A stretch of 64,000 bases of DNA, from positions 20,152-84,151 of the IMG/VR virus record IMGVR_UViG_3300028582_000252; one strand, 5' to 3'. Position numbers and translations under genes: made by a program. The first letter of the stretch is position 1; each line of letters begins with the position of its first letter. The notes beneath the pieces were generated by a model. That model saw nothing but the letters and a program-made list of their open reading frames with translations, had not been told where the DNA came from and did no database searches. The DNA comes from a virus (Duplodnaviria; Caudoviricetes). Below, one piece after another: positions 19,302-29,029 of the stretch.

Positions 19302-20848
19302 CACACTCCTTCCGCAAGCGTCAGACCGCACTTCAGCTTGAACGCTATTTCATGTTTGGAGTAGACGATTATCCTGTCAACGAATCTTGTGAACAGGTCA
19401 CCGTCAAACTCTTTCAGATAATCCGAATGCCTGGCAAAGTCATACAGCGCCTTTATCTCCATTTCAAAGGAAAATACCTCGCCTTTTGAACTTGCCAGCC
19501 GTTCCTTTGCTTTTGCAAGTTCATCCGCTTCCCTCGCAAGAGCAAGGTTCTCACGGCTGTACACCGCAGCATCAAGACATCCCTTGGTCATGACCTCCAG
19601 AAGTTTTCTCATGCTTTCCCTGTTCTTTTCAAGCTTTTCATCCACTTTTTCCATGTCCATACAGTCTACTGTCCTGTTCTTTTCTGTAAGTTCTATAAAG
19701 AATGGTTTCAGCATGTCCTCACTTGCAAAAATAAGCTTGTTCATCATCAGTGTGAAGGCAAGTTCCAGATCTTCGTTCTTTACTGTAGCCATAGAGCATC
19801 TTTCCTTATAATATGTATGTGTACGGCACACCCAGAACACTGTCTTATCGACCGTGGCATTGTTTATCCGCCGTTTGAACCGGTCACCGCATTCCGCGCA
19901 GTATATCTTCCCGGAAAATGGATATCGATTCTGGAATTTAGATGTACCACCGGAGCATGCGGCATCCGATCTTACTTTCAGCAGGTTCTGTGCGGCTTCA
20001 AAATCTGCACGGCCAATGATAGGTTCATGATGATCCGTCACCAGATACATCTCTTTTTCACCTTTATTCCTGTGATCCTTGAAATGGTCGTCCACGTATG
20101 TCTTCTGACACAGCATGTCTCCGACATATTTTTCATTGGATAACATTTCACGTATTATGGTGGTGTTCCAATTCCCGCGCCGTTTTGTTGGTATGCCTTT
20201 CCTTTCCAGGCTTTTCGCTATCTGATATGAGCCTCTGCCTGAAAGCATCTCCGAAAAGATATACCGTATCACTTTCGCCTCTTCTTCATTGATTACCATC
20301 TTTCCGTCTTTGTTCTCATAGCCGTACGGCGGTGTCGATACGATGTAAGTGCCTTTCTTGAATCTCTGATGTATGCTCCACTTGGTATTTTGTGATATCG
20401 ATCTTGATTCATCTTCTGCAAGCTGACTCATGATCGCGAGCAGCAGTTCACTGTCCATTGTCGTGGTGTCTATATTTTCCTTTTCAAAATATATACCGAT
20501 GCCAAGTCTTAGAAGCTTACGCACCATCATTAGGCAGTCTGTAGTATTCCTTGCGAACCTGCTGAGTGACTTAGTGATGATGTAGTCTATTTTGCCTTCC
20601 CGGCATGCTCGCATCATCCTTCTTAACGCAGGCCTGTTTTCCTTGTTCGTGCCTGTTATCCCTTCATCACAGTAGATTCCGGCATATATCCAGTCCTTGT
20701 TCTCTCTGATGTATTTTTCATAATGTCCTTTCTGCGCAAGGAGACTTACCATCTGCTCTTCTGTGTCAGTTGATACTCTGCAGTACGCAGCTACTTTCTT
20801 TTTACCGCCAGCAGGCGGCTTTGCATCGAATGTCGTTATCTTTGCCAT
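19301..20848 (-). CDS. Large serine recombinase
   Basis: [31 protein letters not shown] Zn ribbon; SD before ATG 20848. Confidence 0.95.
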   Translation of the reverse strand: MAKITTFDAKPPAGGKKKVAAYCRVSTDTEEQMVSLLAQKGHYEKYIRENKDWIYAGIYCDEGITGTNKENRPALRRMMRACREGKIDYIITKSLSRFARNTTDCLMMVRKLLRLGIGIYFEKENIDTTTMDSELLLAIMSQLAEDESRSISQNTKWSIHQRFKKGTYIVSTPPYGYENKDGKMVINEEEAKVIRYIFSEMLSGRGSYQIAKSLERKGIPTKRRGNWNTTIIREMLSNEKYVGDMLCQKTYVDDHFKDHRNKGEKEMYLVTDHHEPIIGRADFEAAQNLLKVRSDAACSGGTSKFQNRYPFSGKIYCAECGDRFKRRINNATVDKTVFWVCRTHTYYKERCSMATVKNEDLELAFTLMMNKLIFASEDMLKPFFIELTEKNRTVDCMDMEKVDEKLEKNRESMRKLLEVMTKGCLDAAVYSRENLALAREADELAKAKERLASSKGEVFSFEMEIKALYDFARHSDYLKEFDGDLFTRFVDRIIVYSKHEIAFKLKCGLTLAEGV

Positions 20849-20873
20849 CCTTTCATACCTCCTTTCATCAGGT

Positions 20874-20906
20874 GACATATTACCTCTGAAACCCACATTT
20901 ATCAAC
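20874..20906 (-). promoter_or_regulatory. SigA-like promoter motif (family B) for the recombinase triad
   Basis: GTTGATAAATGTGGGTTTCAGAGGTAATAT aligns with 39812-39844 and 41119-41151. Confidence 0.55.
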
Positions 20907-21135
20907 GATTTACGGGCATCAAAGGCATCATTTCCGGTTTAAGTTTTTCAGTGAGTGAAAAGAGCAGAAGGTGTCTTTCTTCATCCGTTATGAGTCCTGT
21001 CTCATGCATCTTTGAGATCACTGTTTCTGCCATCATGTATGCGTATTCCCGTTCCAGTTCTTCCGGGGTCGGCACCTTAGTTTCTTCTGTAACTGCAGGT
21101 TTTTCGCTCTCTGCCGTTATTTTTGTTATTTCCAT
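20902..21135 (-). CDS. SHOCT-domain small protein (candidate recombination directionality factor)
   Basis: MHETGLITDEE SHOCT-like motif; SD GGAGG; directly upstream of the recombinases. The RDF role is inference. Confidence 0.7.
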   Translation of the reverse strand: MEITKITAESEKPAVTEETKVPTPEELEREYAYMMAETVISKMHETGLITDEERHLLLFSLTEKLKPEMMPLMPVNR

Positions 21136-21167
21136 CAGTTATCCCTCCGTTCCGGGGAACATATCCC

Positions 21168-21207
21168 CTCACTGTTCAAAGGACACCAGGGAACATTTTG
21201 AGCAAAA
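21168..21207 (-). promoter_or_regulatory. Phage-specific promoter-like motif (family A)
   Basis: TTGCTC-N15-GTCCTTTGAACAGTGAG; three other copies with identical spacing. Confidence 0.7.
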
Positions 21208-21247
21208 AAAAACAGGCCTGCGCACATCAAAAAGATGCACACAGGCT
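21205..21247 (-). terminator. Terminator of the late/lysis operon
   Basis: GCCTG.G.GCATC/GATG.GC.CAGGC stem followed by T9 on the minus strand. Confidence 0.75.
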
Positions 21248-21270
21248 TACTGCTGTATTGATGATCACTT

Positions 21271-22020
21271 CTATTTCATCATGCTTTTTATCTTGGTACG
21301 TGTCTTAGGACCAACTATACCGTCGATCTCAAGCTTGTATTTTTTCTGGAAACTACGTACTGCTTTTTCTGTTTCGGGGCCGAACTCACCGTCAGCATCA
21401 AGATCTGAACCAATGATATTGTTCAGGCACTTCTGAAGTTTCACCACCTGATCCCCGGATGAACCTTTTCTCATATCGATGACAGGATACGGCACTTCTT
21501 TGGCTCCGGTTAGTTTTTCATGAAGTCCTGCCCAGGCTTTGGCTGAAATGTACCCGTTAGGGCAGCATTTTCCGGTGACGTCAAAATGCCTTACTACCCT
21601 TCCCGCCGGTATCCCATACTTCTTCATGAGATGCTTTACGAGCGGGGCTGCGGTCTTTATGGATTCAGGAGTAGGTGTGATGATGCCGTTATGTCTGTAG
21701 CAGCATAGTTCTATGCCTATCGAGTTGCTGTTTGTACAGATCCCATGAAGCGTTGCTCCGCGGTTTCCGCCGTTCATTGCATTCCCTGTATCCTGAAGAC
21801 CTCCGCCACAGTGCCATGCCGCTTTGGATTCCGGTATGCACTGCCAGATCTCACTGTCTACAAAGAAATGTGCTGACGCCTCCCTGTCTCCTCCGCAGAA
21901 ATAGATGCAGTTGTTTTTCGCGGAACTGATCGCACCTACATAATGGATCACTATATATCTTATGGACGCGCCGTTTCTGCTCGACTGGTTGTACCTGCTT
22001 ATCTTCTTATTTATCTTCAT
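21271..22020 (-). CDS. Endolysin: N-acetylmuramoyl-L-alanine amidase (Amidase_2) + PG-binding domain
   Basis: IVIHY, SAHFFVD, AWHCG, SIGIELC, RHFDVTGKCCP; C-terminal DGEFGPET...DGIVGPKT; SD before ATG 22020. Confidence 0.92.
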   Translation of the reverse strand: MKINKKISRYNQSSRNGASIRYIVIHYVGAISSAKNNCIYFCGGDREASAHFFVDSEIWQCIPESKAAWHCGGGLQDTGNAMNGGNRGATLHGICTNSNSIGIELCCYRHNGIITPTPESIKTAAPLVKHLMKKYGIPAGRVVRHFDVTGKCCPNGYISAKAWAGLHEKLTGAKEVPYPVIDMRKGSSGDQVVKLQKCLNNIIGSDLDADGEFGPETEKAVRSFQKKYKLEIDGIVGPKTRTKIKSMMK

Positions 22021-22432
22021 CCGTTCCCTCCTTCTCTGCCCTGTGATGCAGCTGTTCAAGCACTGCCTTAAGCTGCCCCGGTATCGGCAGTCCGAGATGT
22101 CCTGCATTCTCAAGAAGACTTATGCCTTCATTACTGATGTAGAAAAAAATCACTGCTGTGCGCAGCACACCCGGCTGTCCCAGTACCTTCGTATCGATGA
22201 TATTTGCTATGCCGACAAGCAGAAAGATAAGGACCTTCCTGCATATCCCTTTGAAACCGACATTGCTCGAAAGCTTATGATCAGCTACGGCGCACATCAC
22301 ACCTGTTATGTAGTCGATAACGACAAAAGCTATAAGTGCGTAAAGCAAACCGTCACATCCTCCCAGATAATACCCTATCCATCCGCCAAGGCCGGTAAAT
22401 ATAGCCTGGCTGATTGCCCAGAACTCTTTCAT
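22007..22432 (-). CDS. Phage holin (toxin secretion/phage lysis family)
   Basis: Hydrophobic segments; IDYITG, NEGISLLENA..GLPIP. Confidence 0.9.
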   Translation of the reverse strand: MKEFWAISQAIFTGLGGWIGYYLGGCDGLLYALIAFVVIDYITGVMCAVADHKLSSNVGFKGICRKVLIFLLVGIANIIDTKVLGQPGVLRTAVIFFYISNEGISLLENAGHLGLPIPGQLKAVLEQLHHRAEKEGTDEDK

Positions 22433-22487
22433 TTTATTGTTCTCCTTCCATAAAAATAACTGCCTTGCGGCAGCCACCTATAACGAT

Positions 22488-24029
22488 CTATGCTGTTCTT
22501 TTCCATACATACACAGCCAGGTACGGCGGCATGTTCTTTCCTGTACCGTCTACACCGGTCGGATTGTTAGTGGCCGTCACATATGAAGTGTAACGGTCTG
22601 TACTCTTTCTGTTAGTCTGGTATGTGTACGCACTTGATGACCCGGAACCGTCTGACCAGTTGGCGAGCATCTCATGCCTATGCTGGTTTTGCGAATGATT
22701 ATGATATACGACCACGGCATCCGCAGAGCCGCCGGACGATCCTGCCCCGTATGAACTTCCTGCAGACAATAGGAATCTGTCCTGTATCTGTTCCCAGGTT
22801 CCGCCGAACAAAGTTGCCGGTGATGCGGAACTGACCGACATATATATGGCACCGACAGGGTATATTAGATCAGCGATCCCGTTTATCCTGCCTGGTTTAA
22901 TGTCACCGGATACTGAAAGACTGCCCTCGAATGAACCGTTGTTTGCTCTGAAACTGCCAAAGCCGCAGTACATTTCATCTTCCGTTGCTGCAGTACCGCC
23001 GAAGGCTATCCCCTTTCCATCTGTCCTCACATCCATGATGTATGACTTTGAGTATATCCTGAATATATTCGACTGCGCGCTTGTATATCCATCACTCAAT
23101 ATACCGTAAATATCCCACGAATAACTTATATCGAGATCGACCGACATCGTCTCACCTGTGAATGATGATGCTGAAGGGTTTATCGTTCCTACAGCATTCC
23201 ATACCTCCGAACTTGTTTCCTTCGCATAAACGGTCACTGTCCTTGATGTACTCGAAAGTGCCGACTCACCGGAAACCGAGACTGTCACAAGCGAAGCATC
23301 AGCATCCGTAGGTGAACGCAGTGCTGATAATGACAAAGAACAAGCTGTTTCACTCACTGTGAGATTATACGACTTCTCCGCGATATCTGTCCCGCTGTAG
23401 ATCTCATATACCTTGCAGGTCTTAAGACTTGCTTTTACTGTAGAGAACACACTGACTGGGACAGCTGCGCTTCCGCTCGTACCGCTTATCGATGCGGTGT
23501 ACCTTGATACACCTGACGCGTCAAGGAATTCGAGTCGATATGAAGATGATTTATTGAAAGTGAATGTACCTGTTTCCCCGTATTTCATTGCAAAGGGATA
23601 GGATGTCATTTTTCCGAATGTAACGAACAGTATGTAATTCGATGACATTATATCCGCCATGCTGCTGACACCATAGGTAGTCGGCATATACGACCCTGCC
23701 ACTTCATATGAAATAGTCGCACCGGTGTATACATCTATCATATCCGAACTTGAAACTGTTTCTGTCGCGGTCAGGATGCATGTCATTGAAGTGGTCACTT
23801 TTACCGTCTTGCTGACACTGCTGTTTGTTGTGCTTATGGAAGCAGTCACGCTCCTGGCAGTCGTAGATTTTGCGTACAGGCTGTATTTGATGCTTGCGTT
23901 CGTATATCCGTCGTTAACCGTTATCCCGGTCACTTCCACAAGCAGATAACTGTCTTTTGAGATCGTACCTGCGCTGCTTGCCATAAGTGGCAGATACGGC
24001 ATGCTTATTTTCTTACTGTATATAGCCAT
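22488..24029 (-). CDS. Tail fibre/baseplate receptor-binding protein
   Basis: Ser/Thr-rich beta domains; C-terminal YPVGAIYMS...FGGTWEQI...NMPPYLAVYVWKRTA. Confidence 0.75.
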   Translation of the reverse strand: MAIYSKKISMPYLPLMASSAGTISKDSYLLVEVTGITVNDGYTNASIKYSLYAKSTTARSVTASISTTNSSVSKTVKVTTSMTCILTATETVSSSDMIDVYTGATISYEVAGSYMPTTYGVSSMADIMSSNYILFVTFGKMTSYPFAMKYGETGTFTFNKSSSYRLEFLDASGVSRYTASISGTSGSAAVPVSVFSTVKASLKTCKVYEIYSGTDIAEKSYNLTVSETACSLSLSALRSPTDADASLVTVSVSGESALSSTSRTVTVYAKETSSEVWNAVGTINPSASSFTGETMSVDLDISYSWDIYGILSDGYTSAQSNIFRIYSKSYIMDVRTDGKGIAFGGTAATEDEMYCGFGSFRANNGSFEGSLSVSGDIKPGRINGIADLIYPVGAIYMSVSSASPATLFGGTWEQIQDRFLLSAGSSYGAGSSGGSADAVVVYHNHSQNQHRHEMLANWSDGSGSSSAYTYQTNRKSTDRYTSYVTATNNPTGVDGTGKNMPPYLAVYVWKRTA

Positions 24030-24038
24030 TATTATTCA

Positions 24039-24929
24039 TCACCCTTCATTGAGCCTAAGTGTAAGATTTCCGTTTTCACGGTTTATGAACGTGAACTTTC
24101 CTATCTGAAACATCGGAGTGCTGCCGCCCATGCTTGCACGTACATTACCAAACGCATCTATGATATCGAAGCTGTCGCTGTCTATGTGGGCATGCGCTCC
24201 CGTGATGCTCCCGATGACGGCATCCGCCCCAAACGATGCTATCCGCACTGAATACGTTTTAGTCACAGTTCCTCCGCTGTTTTTGTATGTCGCAAGAAGC
24301 ACATCAAAACTTCCGTCTGTGTTGACGAGCGCCAAAGGAAGTGTTATGGAAGATCCGTCCGGCAGAGTCCCGGCATCCGGTATCCTTCCTGCTTCTATTC
24401 CGTCATCTGTCTGCCTTATAAGCGCAGTGAGTTTTACATTCACTGCGTTTGCGGCATTTTCCGCTCTCGCCGCGCCCTGGGATGCAGTTGCTGCAGATGC
24501 TGAAGCAGACGATGCCATGTTTCCTGCAGTGATCGCGGCACCTGCGGCTTTTTCCGCTGCAGTCCCTGCTGAATCAGCTTTCTTATTTGCGCCGGCAGCT
24601 TCTGTCTCAGCATTTTCAGCTGCTAACTTAGCCACTGCCGCATTGATCCTCGCATTTATTGCTGTCGTATCGTCTGTAGGAGGCGCGGTGTCATTGCCCG
24701 TCACCCATGCCTTTCCTCCTGCTACCCTGATCCTTATGGTGTCTCCTGCTTTAGCATCTATTGAAAGTGTCACCGGTGTTTCGTCCACCCCTCCCGGGAT
24801 GTGGACCCAGGCTGTATCATCTTCAACACGTTTGACTGTTGCTACTGTGTCATAGCCTTTGGTTCCTGCGCTGCTGTCTTCCATTGCCGAAATGATATCC
24901 TGCTGTATCTTTGCTTTTTTCACCGTCAT
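24039..24929 (-). CDS. Tail-associated protein with Ala-rich coiled coil
   Basis: Position in the tail module; N-terminal OB-like region, Ala-rich segment. Confidence 0.65.
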   Translation of the reverse strand: MTVKKAKIQQDIISAMEDSSAGTKGYDTVATVKRVEDDTAWVHIPGGVDETPVTLSIDAKAGDTIRIRVAGGKAWVTGNDTAPPTDDTTAINARINAAVAKLAAENAETEAAGANKKADSAGTAAEKAAGAAITAGNMASSASASAATASQGAARAENAANAVNVKLTALIRQTDDGIEAGRIPDAGTLPDGSSITLPLALVNTDGSFDVLLATYKNSGGTVTKTYSVRIASFGADAVIGSITGAHAHIDSDSFDIIDAFGNVRASMGGSTPMFQIGKFTFINRENGNLTLRLNEG

Positions 24930-25936
24930 GCCGTCACCGCCTCTTCCGTTGTTTTCACTCCGTATCCAAGTTCCATGCTCTGACTTTTGATGCGGAAAGT
25001 CCCGTCCAGACCGTTCCCCGGATAACGCATCCGTATAAGATCTCCAGGTGAAACATCAGGCTGATACCTTCTGTCATAATGAAGAGTCCTTGATGGGGAC
25101 TGCTCCTCTTTTAGTCTCCTTAATGCATATGCGGAAAGCGTTTCTCCAAGATTAAGACTGCAGTCCGTTTCTTCCATCCATACTTCTCTTCCTCGCTTTA
25201 TTGTGGACAGGATGCTTTCCGGGTCATCATCCCTTGCAACAGCCGTAGAATCACCGCTCACTGCTCTGAAAACATTGGGACATGAATACCAGTCGCATGT
25301 GTCTGTCACATGCATCTCGATGATATCGTTAGAAAGAGAATCAAATGCGGCAGTGACCTCAGATGCCTTTTCACATATATGGATCCTGCCGTCACCGCTT
25401 ATCTTTATACGCCAGCCGATTGCTGTTATTATCTTTTCTGCCATAGTAAGATCGCTCTCACCATCTTCTGCCACTATTGAATCAGCAAGATGCGGTGAGC
25501 CTGCATCAAACGTGACTGGTGCAGGGCCTGTACTCAACAGCCTTGCGGCAAGCGCTGCGCCATCCGCATCCGCTGGTGCGTACCATCCTCTCTGCAGCAG
25601 TCTGTCAGCCATTGGCTTAAGTACCGAATAGCATTCTGCCGAATATGATTCCCTTGTACCGTCAAGACTTCTTTCGGGGACCGATGTGATCCCTGTAAAA
25701 AGCGGTATATGTGCAGATGCTCCTGCATCCTGCCTTGCATCGAGCCATATCCTTATCCAGGCTTCACCGGTTCCGATTAGTTCTGTCATGCTTATATCTG
25801 CCGACTCCATCATTTTTTCAGTATTACGTTCAATGCTACCTCCGGTTATCCGTATATCCTTAATATCTCTCCACGTGACGGGATCTACAACTGATGCTGT
25901 GAACCTCGCTGAAAATCCTCTGCTCCATATCATGAT
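24926..25936 (-). CDS. Tail/baseplate hub-like protein
   Basis: Position; coupled to neighbours; probable start at MIWSRGF near SD GGAGG. Confidence 0.65.
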   Translation of the reverse strand: MMIWSRGFSARFTASVVDPVTWRDIKDIRITGGSIERNTEKMMESADISMTELIGTGEAWIRIWLDARQDAGASAHIPLFTGITSVPERSLDGTRESYSAECYSVLKPMADRLLQRGWYAPADADGAALAARLLSTGPAPVTFDAGSPHLADSIVAEDGESDLTMAEKIITAIGWRIKISGDGRIHICEKASEVTAAFDSLSNDIIEMHVTDTCDWYSCPNVFRAVSGDSTAVARDDDPESILSTIKRGREVWMEETDCSLNLGETLSAYALRRLKEEQSPSRTLHYDRRYQPDVSPGDLIRMRYPGNGLDGTFRIKSQSMELGYGVKTTEEAVTA

Positions 25937-28900
25937 GTGCCCTCCGCAGCAACAACTGCATTCCACTGTGCAAGCGTCATGCCGTCAAAGCTCTCTGATT
26001 CTACCTGCTTTATGTCAAGCGAGAAAGAAATCACCGGGTCATTGTATTCACGGCTCTCACTTACTTCGACATCAGCGGCAAAGCTGCTCCCGTCCGGTGT
26101 ACGGACATGACATATACCGGAAAAAGAAGCAAGCTGTCTCATTGCACGTATCACTGACTCATCTTTCGTTTTGATGCTGTCTGTCTGAAGTGAAAGATTC
26201 CTGAATACTCCTGGATTCCAGTCCCCGGCTATACTCCCGCCAAGATACCTTGTACGTTCAAAGTCCTTCTCCCATGAGTTCCCAAGTTTTAGGTTATATG
26301 GTAGTACCACACGGCCTCCGTCAAAATCGATCACTGTACTCCTGATATCAAGTATATCGCCGGCTTCTTCATCTATATCCACCCATGCGGCGAGATCATC
26401 CGCCGTTATGTAATCTCCATTGACGGTCCTGTCTACGATGCGGTGACCGCACCCTTCTCCGAATGCCGGGTAAGGATCGACATAAGATATTCCGTAAGCG
26501 CCGCCGTAAATGATAAGTTCCGGTCCGTCCGCAGAAAGCCTGTAAATGTCACAGACATCACCTTCAGCATACGATGCCGGTGCAGCAGGCATTATGACAG
26601 TGATCAGGGAATCCTTATTCGGTACAGCCGTACCTCCGGGTATTTCTGCCTGATGCGCCCAGTGGACTTCAAAGTTCTCCGATGCAGCTGCTGACTGCCC
26701 GAGTGAATCTTTTACCGTGACGATTAGCGTGTATGACGCTCCGTCATCGAGCTGGATCAAAAGATCATCTGCGCTGATCGTTATCTCACCTTCACCGCTC
26801 GCTTCTGAAATGGCGCATGTCTCACCTGCAAATCCTCCGCCTTCATTCCCGTCCGGACGCTCCATGTGATAATCATATCTTCTCTCTATAACAGCTATGG
26901 TTGTTCCGCCTGCACCTGCGCCGGTCACCGTCAAAGTAAGCGGCAAAACTGTAAGCGCCAAAGTCTTATGGGTAATGGTCGGATCATCCGGATCGTCCTG
27001 CACTGTCTGCTCTTCCAGGCTGGTCTTTGTGATAACAGCAATTAAAGGCTGCGCGACCGTAACTGCCGCTGCAGCACTCCAGCCTGCTGATGCCCTGCCT
27101 GATGCTGATATCACACGAACGCACAGATAGTATGTATTGCCTGCGCTCCATCCGGCTTCCTTTGCATTTATTGTGATTGCCTGGCTCGTTAGCGTATGCG
27201 CTATCACTTTGCCGTATGTGATGCCGCCTGCATTTATCTGAGCTTCACAAATTTCAGCATATGCCTGTGATGTACCGTCACCGGATGTATATGCCCAGTA
27301 TGCAGTGACATTTCCATCCTCAGTTATGACGCTCTCTGACAGTATGAGCGAAGGAGTTTCAGGTGCTGATGAAAGATCCACTTTGGCCGCTTCACTCCAC
27401 GGACCATATATAATGTTCTCTCCGCTTCCTGATGTAAGCCTTACTCTTACATACCACGTGACTCCTGTATCGAGTCCGCTTATATTCCACCTACCTGCAT
27501 GGAGATGACTTATCGTATATGTGCTTGGTTCATCTGTTGACTCCCACGCATCTTCATGTTCCGACCAGCTTATGACAGCGCTGTCCGCTTCATCCCATGT
27601 CCAGTCCCATGTCACACTGACCGTCTTTGCAGTATCCGACTGGACTGCTTTCACATTTGACGGTGCCTGCGGTACGGTGCCGCCTTTCCACACATCCGTG
27701 CTTTTTGCATTTGCAGAAGTATTGTAAACGGTGATGCCGGCAGCGGTAACTGATGTTTCGTATGTGCCCTGCATCGCATAAATGCCGAAATCATATGCAG
27801 TTTCAGATGAAAGATCAGGGCACTGCACTGTAACATTTGTTTCACCATGAGCAATAATGCCAAGCGTGTATATCTGCGAAGGATCTGATGCTGCTCTGAA
27901 CAATACCGCAAGGATAGTGTCCGGGATCTCCGAATTATTCGCAGCCGTGACCACTGCCTTGCTCGTTGCAGTGTCGATCTCCACACTTGTTATGGAAGGC
28001 GCCTTTATCACTCCTGCTGCTACCATTTTTGCCTTGCCGTATATGAGTGCCTTATCGTGCAGCGTATTGACACGCACGAACAGGCATTTATCCTCACCGA
28101 CCAGCTGATCTATCGTAAAGCGTGCCATATCAGTCCCGCTCGTATCCCTGGATGTGTCAGCATCAGTCCAGCCTGCATCATCCGGACAGGATAGTCCTGC
28201 TGCCGGAGTCACGATGGCCCACTGCACTGTTGTCTTGTCGATAGGCGTCCTGCTGTCACTTGGCGCTGTCCAGGTCACTGTGATGTCAAGGCCGCCCTGA
28301 CCGTTTACTGCTGCATCTGCAGATATGATCGATGCTGTCTGCGGGGCAGAATATGTATGCTTTGCATATACCCAGTCACTGTTTCCCTGCGGTCCTCTGG
28401 AACGCACTCTCATCCATCTGGTATGCGAACCGACTGCGATCACAGCAGTATCCTCGGTAACGCTTCTTGTGCCCGATGCCGCCGCTGTCCCTGAAAGCCA
28501 TCCCGACTGCGATGAGTTCCATGAAAGTCTTGAACCGTCAGCTTCACCGCTCTCAGTAATAAGTGACTGATACTCTGTGTCAGTAAAAATGTGCGTATCA
28601 TCATCAGATACAGCAACTTCCCATGTAAATGTCCCGACATTGCTGTAGTCTTCACTTAATTCAAAAACGGCAGATGACGGTCTTTTCGGTATAAGGACAT
28701 CGAATGTTTTATCCGACCATTCGCTCCATCCGAAATTATCATTCTTCTTTTTGTCATGATTTCCACGCACCCTGAAGCTTATATATCTTAGTGTTCTTTT
28801 GCCTGACGCCGGATAATAACTTCCAGCAGAAAGTGATACTGCCTTGCTGGTCGCAGTATCTGCTATGCTTAAGTCTTTCCATCCCGGCTTCTTTCCGGTT

Positions 28901-29028
28901 CCTATCTTGTACTGGAGTTGCTGTCCGTCATTATATGTATCGCCTTTCTTCCACTTGAACGTGAAGACCATCCCGTTCCTTGAAACGGACAGCCCGGTTG
29001 GTCTTTTGCTTTTTTTACTTTTCGCCAT
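25930..29028 (-). CDS. Large tail protein with fibronectin-III/Ig-like repeats
   Basis: Repeated W...Y.VRVR...WS motifs; directly follows the tape measure gene. Confidence 0.7.
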   Translation of the reverse strand: MAKSKKSKRPTGLSVSRNGMVFTFKWKKGDTYNDGQQLQYKIGTGKKPGWKDLSIADTATSKAVSLSAGSYYPASGKRTLRYISFRVRGNHDKKKNDNFGWSEWSDKTFDVLIPKRPSSAVFELSEDYSNVGTFTWEVAVSDDDTHIFTDTEYQSLITESGEADGSRLSWNSSQSGWLSGTAAASGTRSVTEDTAVIAVGSHTRWMRVRSRGPQGNSDWVYAKHTYSAPQTASIISADAAVNGQGGLDITVTWTAPSDSRTPIDKTTVQWAIVTPAAGLSCPDDAGWTDADTSRDTSGTDMARFTIDQLVGEDKCLFVRVNTLHDKALIYGKAKMVAAGVIKAPSITSVEIDTATSKAVVTAANNSEIPDTILAVLFRAASDPSQIYTLGIIAHGETNVTVQCPDLSSETAYDFGIYAMQGTYETSVTAAGITVYNTSANAKSTDVWKGGTVPQAPSNVKAVQSDTAKTVSVTWDWTWDEADSAVISWSEHEDAWESTDEPSTYTISHLHAGRWNISGLDTGVTWYVRVRLTSGSGENIIYGPWSEAAKVDLSSAPETPSLILSESVITEDGNVTAYWAYTSGDGTSQAYAEICEAQINAGGITYGKVIAHTLTSQAITINAKEAGWSAGNTYYLCVRVISASGRASAGWSAAAAVTVAQPLIAVITKTSLEEQTVQDDPDDPTITHKTLALTVLPLTLTVTGAGAGGTTIAVIERRYDYHMERPDGNEGGGFAGETCAISEASGEGEITISADDLLIQLDDGASYTLIVTVKDSLGQSAAASENFEVHWAHQAEIPGGTAVPNKDSLITVIMPAAPASYAEGDVCDIYRLSADGPELIIYGGAYGISYVDPYPAFGEGCGHRIVDRTVNGDYITADDLAAWVDIDEEAGDILDIRSTVIDFDGGRVVLPYNLKLGNSWEKDFERTRYLGGSIAGDWNPGVFRNLSLQTDSIKTKDESVIRAMRQLASFSGICHVRTPDGSSFAADVEVSESREYNDPVISFSLDIKQVESESFDGMTLAQWNAVVAAEGTS

Positions 29029-29029
29029 T

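Noticed and set aside
22488-22870. Diversity-generating retroelement or shufflon acting on the tail fibre tip
   Set aside because: No reverse transcriptase, no second copy of the 3' region and no inverted alternative tips seen in the window.
24118-24855. 245-aa plus-strand ORF, and similar antisense ORFs at 16498-17169, 17849-18436, 36428-37018, 47139-47672, 53211-53879
   Set aside because: Antisense shadows of well-supported genes; Ser/Ala-biased, no SD or motifs.
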